DNA of 64,000 nt from Perkinsela sp. CCAP 1560/9 (Eukaryota; Protista; Euglenozoa: Kinetoplastea). The stretch is taken from assembly GCA_965644495.1 (NCBI GenBank), contig CBFFSA010000017.1, positions 62,001-126,000 on the forward strand. Direction: 5' to 3'. The notes under the pieces were generated by a model, which was given only the letters and a program-made list of their open reading frames with translations, ran no database searches and was not told where the DNA came from. This document shows positions 25,135-34,453 of this stretch, in pieces; within the stretch, counting starts at the first letter, position 1; each line of letters starts with the position of its first letter. The position numbers were made by a program, and so were the translations under genes.

Positions 25135-25556
25135 AGAGTTTACGGAAAGAATTGCTTGAATAAAATATTTATTCTTTGACCGTGGCCCTACGGGGCACAT
25201 ATACATATATGTACCTGATTTTGCCCCCTCCGGGGGGAACCATGTAATTATACTTTTAGCATACTATACTATACATTATTTTACTCTAGTGACTTATAAC
25301 CTTTTTCCACTCGCAAAAGGAAAGTTGCCCCACCCGCCATCCCCCAAACCACTCCCCGCCGGGGAACTACCCATTCGCAAGAGAGATAAAGTTTGAATAT
25401 TGTTTTGTGGACGTCCATATATTTTTTGTTATCATTATAGTCAGGATAGAAAAGTTGAAAGACATGTAGTTATTTAGTTTTATTTACTTGATGAATATTA
25501 TTTACTTAGGACAATTCTTTATATATTTTGTACAAAGATTTTATGATGAGCAATTC
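25135..25556 (+). mobile_element. Solo A-spacer-B unit of a third YR retroelement family
   Basis: Starts AGTTTACGGAAAGAATTG (cf. 29514); spacer CCCACCCGCC..AACCACTCCCCGC (cf. 46063); ends TTTATGATGAGCAATTC (cf. TTTATGATGCACAATTC); sits in a T-run. Confidence 0.8.
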
Positions 25557-25965
25557 TTTTTTTAAAAAAAAGATTGTAATAATAAAATCTTGTAATAATA
25601 ACATCTTGTAATATGAGATGACCTGTTTTATTGCATTGTCTTTCGCAGTTGCGAAGCCAGGAGAGCTCCGTTCAATTCTTGAAGAAGCAACTTGAAGTCC
25701 TCAAGAATATGACGGCGTTCGAATCCGTTTGCATCCGCGAGGCTATGGAGGAAATTTATAGTGCTCTTGTTCATGGCACCACCTGTCAAAAGCGGTAGGC
25801 ATACGAATTGCTCGCGCGGAATTAAATTGGAGTCCACATATGTTGCGACTTTTTTTTTTGAGCCTCTTGTAATAGGTGACTCGCTTTTTTTCCCAAGTGT
25901 GATTTCGCAAGTTCGTTGACTACTGTGAGATCGTAATAAACTTCGCCTGTCGCCCAGAACACAAC
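25557..25965 (-). pseudogene. Group-A CRE 3' fragment
   Basis: CLPLLTGGAM...LQELNG. Confidence 0.75.
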
Positions 25966-25986
25966 TAAGTCAGGTCCACTGCGGTG

Positions 25987-26280
25987 ATCCCTGTCCTTTC
26001 GGGTGGAGCGCTACATAAGCATACAAAACGTCTATTAACAGCTTTAGCAGATCGTTGCCTTATTTCACGGCAACATATATTAGAAGACTTTACCCTGTAC
26101 CTCCAAGAACTGAACGGGAACATAGTTCTGTCGCAGATGCAAAAATATTTAACTCCCGACAAGGAAGAACAATACACCATATAAGTTCAGACAGTGAACC
26201 AAAAGAGATGATCTCCCTCTCGTTTTTAATCAGACAGGAAAATGCATGTTTGTTCTGCTATTAAAGCTAGTTTGCATGCA
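25987..26280 (+). pseudogene. 3' fragment of the 15008-15916 family
   Basis: Near-identical to 15719-16010. Confidence 0.9.
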
Positions 26281-26407
26281 TTTCGAGATGTTTAAGGGAA
26301 AATATTAACCCCTTAACTAACCTTCGTCTAATAGAAAAAAATTAGTCAATTGAAGCAATATAAGTTTACGATAAGAAATTTAGGAGACTTTACTTTGTTG
26401 ATATGCA

Positions 26408-28119
26408 AAAAAAAGACTCTTTTGACCTCTTCGTGATGCGAGCAATGCTAGGATTTTCGTTCAGTTTTGTTGCAAGTGTTTCGTGTTCGCTTTTCATTTG
26501 TTTCCTTAGTTGGGTGCGTGATGCTTGATTCTGACTCTTCATGAGGCTCTGACTCTTCTGAGTTCCCGTGCAACCTACCGGAGCGTTAGCGGGTTTTAAA
26601 AGCTCTTCGATAGATTTCCGCGAGGCCTCAAAAAAGTATCGTTGCTTCACAACAGTCGAAATAATACCTAAACCTCCCAACTTACATGGCAAAGTGGCAA
26701 GTTTTAAGGAGTCACCATTCGCTCCGCACCATTTCATCATGACAGATTGTACTTCTTTGTCGAACTCTTCTGCCAATGAAAAGGTTGCCACTGGTTTGTG
26801 CACTCTAAGGTGATAATCTTGACGCGGCACTGTGCATCGTTTTAGAATTTCTAATGACAAATTGCTCGGACCCATGATGCGCAACCTTCGAAACAGGCAT
26901 TCGTGTTTTGACATTTTCTCGAGGAGCTTCTCTTCTACTATTTTATCTCTGCCGATGTATCCCCCTAGAACTTTGATTGAATCCTCACACTTTTTAACTC
27001 CCAGCGTTCGTAGAGGTGAAGCGTCAAATTCTTGTGTCTTTGAAGACTTGAACCATTCGCACTTGTTGAAATTGATTTCTAGGTTCAAATCCTGAGTTGA
27101 TTCTCGCAAATGGAGGAATGCTGTTTCTAGGGATGTCGTATTTGTTGAACACATTGTCACGTCGTCCTGATATGCTCTTATCTTGACCTCCGGGTAAAGA
27201 CTGGCGACTTCCTTCAAAGGACCCTGCAGTAACGCACAAAAGTAGAGCGAGGATAAGGCGGACCCTTGTCTGACCCCACAAGAACTTTCAATCACGGAGT
27301 GTAACGAATTGTTTGCGAAGAAAAGTATAAGTTTACGATAAGATATTTAGGAGACTTTATTTTGTTGATATGCAGATGGTGCCCCGAAAGGGGTCTAAAC
27401 TGTTTTCAAATTCTACCCCGAAATGGGTCTAAACTATTTATCTATGTACCAGGGATAGATTGAGGTAATTATAAATATACTGTATATTAGTGACATTTCC
27501 TCCTATAAACAACAAAAACGTGGGTTGGTTCGCGACGTGGTGGGCATAAAGCTCGTTCGTAAGTTACAGGGAATGTTTGCTAGGTTAAAGTGCTCTATTT
27601 TGTGATACTTGTGATACTTAGTATATTTAATTGATTACAAAGGAAAATGGGTATAGCGGGATAAATCTTCTATTTATACATGGGAAATATTGATTTCCTT
27701 GTTTACCTTATTTTACGAAGTTTATGGCAGAAGAAAGGGTCCGTTGATTTCGAGATCTGAAGGCTTGCCGTATTCTAGGTGAAACATTCTCATGAAAGGT
27801 TTGAAGATCGAAGGCTGTTGTAGTAGGGCTTGAGCAATTGCAGTACGATGCGGTGTGTTGTAGGCATTCTTAAAATCCACTGTGAGAATCGTGTAGCCGG
27901 CGTCGTGTTCGTCCAAAAGCTCATGAACTATTGATTCACACGCATTCCGTTGAAGAATACCTCGCTGCACTGGCTGGAAAAATTTCTCCACTGTATTGCT
28001 GTGTCGCATTAAAAGAATCGTTCCGCAGATCTTGAGGATAGTGTCTCCCATTGCCCATGGTCGTATCCCGTTTTGAGGTTTTGCTAACGCGATGATCCTG
28101 CAGCGAGTTAGGCGTTGAC
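26408..28119 (-). pseudogene. Internal RT fragment of a group-A CRE element (YQDD subfamily), interrupted at 27327-27752
   Basis: ...EYGKPSDL (27753) rejoins LFFANN...GVRQGSALSS...YQDD (27326) in frame. Confidence 0.85.
27327..27752 (+). mobile_element. 426-bp non-coding insert without TSD (YR solo-type unit); first 49 bp also at 26359-26407
   Basis: Removal restores the CRE codons with at most 1 bp overlap; starts TAAGTTTACG and ends GATTTCG. Confidence 0.75.
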
Positions 28120-28560
28120 GTTTCTGTACCTTGTTGCTATTCTTACCATGATCTTTTTAAATGCCACATCGTCGGAAGATTCGCGTTTTCGTCCGCGATT
28201 CAAGGCAATTGGTCGCCGAAGAGAAAAGGAATCGAGTGTGACGCGCGTCTGCAAAAACGTCGCGTGCTTGTTGAAAGTACGAAGTGATACTTTTCATCTG
28301 GAAGGTTTGTTGATGAGCACGGTTAACCCATTTACGCTCCGGCAAACTAGAAAGATGGAGAGTGTTGCGGAATACTTTCAACGGGCACGTGATGAGATTG
28401 TGTATTCTGGAGTGGCGGGAAGTGAGACTTCTTGTCTCGGAGGTTTGTTGATGAGCACGGATAGCCCCTTTACGCTCCGGCAAACTGAAGAGACAAGAGG
28501 CATCGCTCCTGCTGTTGCAGGGTGCACGTCTCTTGCGTGACGCACGTCAACTCACCAATT
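28120..28560 (+). pseudogene. SL-capped 5' fragment of an unassigned transcript (ATG at 28148) with a roughly 48-bp internal repeat
   Basis: GTTTCTGTACCTTGTTG at 28120-28136; GLLMSTxxPFTLRQT occurs twice. Confidence 0.6.
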
Positions 28561-28849
28561 GAACACAACACCGATACATGGCGTTGGACGAAGGTTTAGT
28601 CTTGATTACCGATCCGGAAATCTTTTGCTTGTTTTGCTTTTGCTTGTTTGTTCCTATCACTGGTTTTTACTACTTTGTGCCCTATAAATTCTGACGGCGT
28701 CTACTGAGTAACTCTGACTGTGTCTTCCCCCATATCAACGAGGAAGGTCATTTATCTGCCATCGGATTCATTCATTCATTCCATTTCCTAAAAGTTTACG
28801 GAAAGAATTTACGGAAAGAAAAAGAGGTTTATAAAAAAAAAATTATGAC

Positions 28850-29090
28850 TGTCTCCGAAATAACGCATTGATATTCTGCATACATGAATGTTCGAATACT
28901 CTCCCTCCTCCAGTCTTCTCTCACTTTGCTTCTTCTTTCGGATATTCGTCTTGTCTGGCTTAACAAACTTTGGCACCGCAATATGATCTATTTGGTTTTT
29001 ATTTTCTCCATTCGGGTGACACCAGGTCCACGCTTCTTCTCCCCAACTATCGCAATCTGTATACTCCTTTATCGTCACCCACGCACAGCA
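28850..29090 (-). pseudogene. APE endonuclease C-terminal fragment
   Basis: TWCHPNG...NQIDHI...DSH. Confidence 0.65.
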
Positions 29091-29507
29091 ACTAAAGTAT
29101 TTGGACTCAGTCCGCAATGCTAGCTGGGTGGCCCCGGGGTCTTTTGCCGAGCACTACGCACAGACCAAAGCGAGACAGCGACAGGAAGCAACCGAGGCCG
29201 GGTTTCTTTTCACAGCCATGGTTGTGGAATCATTTGGCTCCTGGAGTGAGAGTGCCTTAGCGCTCCTCCGCGACATCGGAACGCAACGAGCGAACGCGTC
29301 GAAAGAACTCATGTCTCGCAGCCAAGCACGAAATGAACTCCTTACGGAGCTGAACGTTGCGTTAATGAGATCACAAGCCAGAATGATGGTTTCGCGTATC
29401 TGCGTGCCAGATCCAACGGATCCAATGGTAGCGACATAGGCCTATACATATACCTACGGACCCGCTTCTATCCTCTCTTGCATCCTCTGGTCCGGATGTT
29501 GGTTGTG
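29090..29507 (+). pseudogene. Group-B CRE 3' fragment (stop at 29439)
   Basis: VRNASWV.GSFAE, AMVVESFGSWS, LMRSQARM. Confidence 0.85.
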
Positions 29508-29737
29508 TCTCATAGTTTACGGAGAGAATTGGGCGAATAAATTATTTACGTTATACCAGTTTATCTATTGTGTGATGGCCGAGGGGCATTGTACCTGTTG
29601 TAAGAATTCAACTGATTTGATATATACACCCCCCAGATGTAACCCCATGTGTATACAGACGAATATGACGTTTGCTATGGTGATTATAAATTCAAGACTT
29701 TATTTCCTTTGTTAATTCGCGACAGTTAAAGTTTCTA

Positions 29738-30865
29738 ATGACCGTGGTTGACGATCCTTCAACGCGAGCTTTACGGTCGTCGCGTAGTTCTTCCCCTACT
29801 GCTGAGTCGCTCGTGCCTACCGAGCCGCTCACGCAGCAGGAATTAAGTCTCGTTTGTACGGTGGCCAGAGAGCGATTATTTGTGAAACCCTCGGTGCAGG
29901 TGCAGGCATCTTTCCGTCGCAAGGATGATCGTAATGGTGCTCGACAAACGTTGATGGGCAAGTTGCGCAAGGAAGGTCTTGACTTATGGGGGGTGTGGGA
30001 AGATAAGCCGTCTAAGGAGTACCCCTTTCCTCACCCGGATTTAGACTATTTTGAGATTAACATTATTGAGGATCGCGAGGTGCCGTCATCAGTTGCTAAT
30101 TCGCAAGTCCCTATTTCTGAGCCAGTGGGATCGTCTGGGGAACTGCCAAGTAGCGCCCAAGAAATGGCAGGGGGGAGACAGATTGAGGGACCCTCCTTGA
30201 CGCTTCCGGAGGCCCCACAGGAGGGCAGGCCCAGGCTCCTTGACCCCAACGCATTGAACCCTTATGAACCGATAACCTTTGAACCGTGGATTAATGCGTT
30301 AGACGACGACGGATTCCGTACCAGAGATTTGATTCGCGAGCTGAGAGAGGCCCCGGAATTTGGTTTGCATGGTAACCGATTTTATTATGATCGGAGCTTC
30401 GTTAAGCAGCAGGAACGTGTGTTCAATTCGATTTTTTGCAAGTGGATTGTTTTTGCTCGGTTGATACCAAATTGGAACCAAGGGGTCTATCTCGAGATGG
30501 GACGCGGAATAATTCAAACCCTTCGGGATGCTTACTGGCGGGCGCGCCGAGTTGACGTTGATCTCGTCCACCAGAAAATGGAGAAAGATGTACGCCCAGA
30601 GGACAAATTTTATCATCATGTGAGCGATCAGTTAGTCGAACGACAAAAACTGTACGCCCGAGTCCAATCGTTTTCTACTTCAGGAACGCAAGTTTCACGC
30701 CCAAATCCAGTACCTTTTCGTCAGACCGGACCTCTTCAGCGACGAAATTTGTTGTGTTTCGGTTGCCGGTCACCAGAACATATCTGGCGCAATTGTCCCA
30801 AGCGCTTTAATCAGGATTTTCGCTCGCGGGTGGCTGGCCCTGCCGCAGGCAGCAAGAGTTTATGA
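29738..30865 (+). CDS. gag: Gag-like protein with CCHC zinc knuckle
   Basis: CFGCRSPEHIWRNC (CX2CX4HX4C); homologous to 53715-55118. Confidence 0.85.
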   Translation: MTVVDDPSTRALRSSRSSSPTAESLVPTEPLTQQELSLVCTVARERLFVKPSVQVQASFRRKDDRNGARQTLMGKLRKEGLDLWGVWEDKPSKEYPFPHPDLDYFEINIIEDREVPSSVANSQVPISEPVGSSGELPSSAQEMAGGRQIEGPSLTLPEAPQEGRPRLLDPNALNPYEPITFEPWINALDDDGFRTRDLIRELREAPEFGLHGNRFYYDRSFVKQQERVFNSIFCKWIVFARLIPNWNQGVYLEMGRGIIQTLRDAYWRARRVDVDLVHQKMEKDVRPEDKFYHHVSDQLVERQKLYARVQSFSTSGTQVSRPNPVPFRQTGPLQRRNLLCFGCRSPEHIWRNCPKRFNQDFRSRVAGPAAGSKSL

Positions 30866-33588
30866 CTAATCCCCACCCAAACGGCCAGTACTATAATTAC
30901 ATTCAAACGAAAACAAACAAGCCTTTTTACGCAAGCCCCGAAGCGGAGGAGAGTGGAATGCAATTTGGTTGTGAAGGATGTTCAGAACTTAAGCGGGAGG
31001 TGCGTGCAATCCGAGAGTATTTACGGCGGAACTTTGAGTCTACAGCAGGCGTGTCCAGCACGCTTCAAATTGGTGAAATTGTTAATGGGGGTGTCCACAC
31101 TGACACCGGAAATACGAAACGCATTGGATGCCATGGGAGAGATGTGGAGCACAACAACGTGGCAAGCGAGGGCTCGCTTGTGGGAAAGACTGACAATGTT
31201 TTGTCAGTGGAGGGGAATAGAGGTCACCCCAATTCACGCGGTCGCATTTATCGCAAGTTTGCCAATTCGAATCCAAGCAAAGTTAACGTACGCACGCAGC
31301 CTTGCATCAATTCTCAACCTGGCAGGGAAAGTGGTGAATCCTCTGCGCTTCTACGTAAAATCATTGATGGCCGAGGGGGCGACGGAGCCGCTACGCCAGA
31401 TGACCCCATTGACTCTGACCGATCTAAATCAACTGTGGCTCCATCTACCGGACAGCGAAAGACATACCTTGCTACTTTGTTGGAAGGCAGCAAGTCGGTG
31501 GTCAGAGACGGCAATGTTGACCCGAGACAAGTTTCACGAGATATCGCCTACCAGGATAGTGATTTGGTGGGGGCGCCACACAAAAACGTCTCGCTTCAAT
31601 CCTTACCGCCCGTCAATGTATACGGTAGTGGAAGGTCCGGGAACGAGCCGGCTGGCGAACTATATTTCCAGACTTGGGGGGTACCAGCCAATGTCTCGAA
31701 CAACGGTATCCGAAGCGGATCGCCAAATAAGGCGCATTTTGGGGGAAGGATTCGGGACGCACTCTGCCAAGAGGGGGGCGATAACTCAGTTGTTCGCCGA
31801 GGTCGCAAAGGGGGGTACGGGCCTCGAGGAAGTACAGCGGTTAGCGAAGCATCAGTCGCTGGAGTCACTCCTAAGATACAATGCAGACCCCGTTACGACG
31901 GCGCTAGCGCTGGGTACGCAGAACGCGACAAGCCGGTTAAACATAATGTAGACGCTGATTTTGTTTTTCGCAAGTTTTTGGAGGACATTCCTCACGAGAA
32001 AGTTCGGCATACGATCACACGTACACGACGCACTTCGAAAGTAGCGCTCCCAAAAGATTTTTCCATCCCATTGCATGTGAAAAAAGGTATTCCACGCATT
32101 GAAGTGCAAGCCCTCAGGAATATGATGAATGAGACTGCGGGAGCTCGATTCGACGAGACGTGGAATACGTTGTTATCTTTACCAGGGGTGGCATCTCGGG
32201 TTCCCACATATCGATCTTTCTTGCCGGAGGGAGATGTAAAGGAGTTGGTCGACGCGGGTTTCGTTTCGCGTGTGGATGCAGAACAGGAGAGTAGTCGCCC
32301 CACGATGGATTGGGTAATCCCTTTCACTGTTGTTGAACCGGCCGATGATGGCTCCGAGAGAAGACGTTTTATTGCATGGACACAGGAGGATAATGAGCGG
32401 ATTAAGGAGAGTTACGTGCCATATGTTCCTGTGAGACACGCAGCTTTCTATCTACACCGCGCGAAGGAACAGAGTGCGGTGAAGCGTGATCTTGCGTGCG
32501 GATTTTGGCAGGTCGCAATTCCGTTATCATGCCGTCAAAAATTTCGTTTCGTGAATAAAATGGGGGACCTGTATGAGATGACGGTGATGCCGATGGGCCA
32601 CCGGTGTGCACCGGAGCTGATGCACGCATTAACTGCAACGCTGGCTGGAGATAGAGAATATTGTGAGAACAAAATGGCGTTTTTTCATGGAGGCCTCGAT
32701 ACTTATATCGATGGAATTCGATTTGCAGGGAATGACAAGATCACAAACGACTTTGCGCGATTCGTGGACGATAGAGCGGAGCGGGTGAATGCCTTGTTTA
32801 AGGATCATGGTCTTCCACCTGAGCAGCGGTACACATTCAACGGTATAACATATCACCATCGTGAGGGGAAGGTATCACTCGGACCAAAATTGACCCGCAG
32901 ATTAGAGCATGATGAATTTACTGGTGCTACGTATTCATCGTTAGAGGCTGGTGTCGGACGTCTGGTTTTTGCCTCAGGTGTCATGGGTGTGAATCTACCT
33001 CAATATCATCTGGAGTTAAAAATTGTGCGCCGGAGAATCAATAGGTTAAATCGAGAACCCGAACTTCTCGATCAAATAGTGCCCTTGCCAACGCCAGTAC
33101 GGGTTGCGCTAACTGAGTGGCGCGATACCCTTTTATATCGATCGCCGGTGGTTCCGCTTCCGCATCCGGAAACAGTTCCGCATCGGCACATTTTATGTAC
33201 AGACGCCTCCTCGAAGGGTTGGGGGGCAGTTTTATATCTGGATTACGGACAAATGTTGTGCACTGGATCTCAATGGCCCCCTGATTTCGAGTATGAAGTT
33301 AACCGCGCGGAAGCGCGGGCTGTTCGCTTGGCCTTTCAAAAATATGGTCATCATTTTAACTCGGATACATGCGTCGACCTGTATGTTGACAATACTTCAT
33401 GCGTTGCTGCGATAAATAGAAAAATGTCACGTTCAGACGGTATAACTTCTGAGCTACGCCGGTTGTTAGATTTCTTAAAGCGTAAAGGTGTCGCCGTTCA
33501 GGCACAGTATATTTGTTCGAGCGAAAATCCGGCCGATCCTTATAGTAGACTCTGCACGGTAGACTCGGATAAAGCAGATGTCATGTAG
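30862..33588 (+). CDS. Reverse transcriptase/RNase H (frame open from 30811)
   Basis: DLACGFWQ, MPMG, YIDG; RNase H TDAS..GWG, AEARA, VDN, NPAD..SR. Confidence 0.9.
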   Translation: MTNPHPNGQYYNYIQTKTNKPFYASPEAEESGMQFGCEGCSELKREVRAIREYLRRNFESTAGVSSTLQIGEIVNGGVHTDTGNTKRIGCHGRDVEHNNVASEGSLVGKTDNVLSVEGNRGHPNSRGRIYRKFANSNPSKVNVRTQPCINSQPGRESGESSALLRKIIDGRGGDGAATPDDPIDSDRSKSTVAPSTGQRKTYLATLLEGSKSVVRDGNVDPRQVSRDIAYQDSDLVGAPHKNVSLQSLPPVNVYGSGRSGNEPAGELYFQTWGVPANVSNNGIRSGSPNKAHFGGRIRDALCQEGGDNSVVRRGRKGGYGPRGSTAVSEASVAGVTPKIQCRPRYDGASAGYAERDKPVKHNVDADFVFRKFLEDIPHEKVRHTITRTRRTSKVALPKDFSIPLHVKKGIPRIEVQALRNMMNETAGARFDETWNTLLSLPGVASRVPTYRSFLPEGDVKELVDAGFVSRVDAEQESSRPTMDWVIPFTVVEPADDGSERRRFIAWTQEDNERIKESYVPYVPVRHAAFYLHRAKEQSAVKRDLACGFWQVAIPLSCRQKFRFVNKMGDLYEMTVMPMGHRCAPELMHALTATLAGDREYCENKMAFFHGGLDTYIDGIRFAGNDKITNDFARFVDDRAERVNALFKDHGLPPEQRYTFNGITYHHREGKVSLGPKLTRRLEHDEFTGATYSSLEAGVGRLVFASGVMGVNLPQYHLELKIVRRRINRLNREPELLDQIVPLPTPVRVALTEWRDTLLYRSPVVPLPHPETVPHRHILCTDASSKGWGAVLYLDYGQMLCTGSQWPPDFEYEVNRAEARAVRLAFQKYGHHFNSDTCVDLYVDNTSCVAAINRKMSRSDGITSELRRLLDFLKRKGVAVQAQYICSSENPADPYSRLCTVDSDKADVM
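30953..31951 (+). CDS. Tyrosine recombinase (frame open from 30866; true start uncertain)
   Basis: SRWSE (R), HTKT (K), HSAKRG, KHQS, LRY: the R-K-H-R-H-Y catalytic set. Confidence 0.9.
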   Translation: MECNLVVKDVQNLSGRCVQSESIYGGTLSLQQACPARFKLVKLLMGVSTLTPEIRNALDAMGEMWSTTTWQARARLWERLTMFCQWRGIEVTPIHAVAFIASLPIRIQAKLTYARSLASILNLAGKVVNPLRFYVKSLMAEGATEPLRQMTPLTLTDLNQLWLHLPDSERHTLLLCWKAASRWSETAMLTRDKFHEISPTRIVIWWGRHTKTSRFNPYRPSMYTVVEGPGTSRLANYISRLGGYQPMSRTTVSEADRQIRRILGEGFGTHSAKRGAITQLFAEVAKGGTGLEEVQRLAKHQSLESLLRYNADPVTTALALGTQNATSRLNIM

Positions 33589-33765
33589 TCGACTTACTTT
33601 GAATTTGAAGATACGATACCAAAAAGAAAAAAAAAATGTAGCAGTGAATATCGAGAAGCACGGGCACGGTGAGCGATACGGAATTTCCTTATGATTTATT
33701 TTGGCGGAGTAGGCACCGCTGAAATACATCAACGTGCGATTGGGTTGTAAATGGAAGTAGGACGA

Positions 33766-33797
33766 GCGAATGGGTGGTCCCCGCGTCACCCGTTCGC
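33766..33797 (+). promoter_or_regulatory. 11-bp stem hairpin at the start of the B repeat
   Basis: GCGAATGGGTG / CACCCGTTCGC (one G-U); also at 45614, 52599 and 58305. Confidence 0.6.
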
Positions 33798-34453
33798 AAG
33801 CTGGGAGAGGACAGAAGTGTTGTGGGATTATTTAATTTTGTTATGTTATGACCGGTCATACAGTATTCATATGAATTTTGAATGTGCATAGAATTGAACG
33901 TATCAAATATCAGATAGAAGAGGGGAATGAAGATATTGTTTTGCTTAGTGCTTTCTTTCTTTCTTATAATATTTATGATGCACAATTCTCATAGTTTACG
34001 GAGAGAATTGGGCGAATAAATTATTTACGTTATACCAGTTTATCTATTGTGTGATGGCCGAGGGGCATTGTACCTGTTGTAAGAATTCAACTGATTTGAT
34101 ATATACACCCCCCAGATGTAACCCCATGTGTATACAGACGAATATGACGTTTGCTATGGTGATTATAAATTCAAGACTTTATTTCCTTTGTTAATTCGCG
34201 ACAGTTAAAGTTTCTAATGACCGTGGTTGACGATCCTTCAACGCGAGCTTTACGGTCGTCGCGTAGTTCTTCCCCTACTGCTGAGTCGCTCGTGCCTACC
34301 GAGCCGCTCACGCAGCAGGAATTAAGTCTCGTTTGTACGGTGGCCAGAGAGCGATTATTTGTGAAACCCTCGGTGCAGGTGCAGGCATCTTTCCGTCGCA
34401 AGGATGATCGTAATGGTGCTCGACAAACGTTGATGGGCAAGTTGCGCAAGGAA

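Larger units (their letters stand above)
29508..33988 (+). mobile_element. VIPER/TATE-like tyrosine-recombinase retroelement, family 1, copy 1 (intact ORFs)
   Basis: A repeat 29508-29735, gag, YR, RT/RNaseH, B repeat 33778-33988. Confidence 0.92.

Noticed and set aside
26359-27374. 49-bp direct repeats as a SLACS-like long TSD
   Set aside because: The second copy is the start of the 27327-27752 insert, and the CRE continues beyond it at 27753; the first copy is a truncated sibling
29589-29600. SL relic TGTACCTGTTG in repeat A (and GTACCTTGTT at 16877)
   Set aside because: Too short or gapped to distinguish from chance
30953-31951. Prophage integrase or bacterial retron/DGR system
   Set aside because: The context is a eukaryotic gag-YR-RT/RNaseH retroelement among SL-capped LINEs
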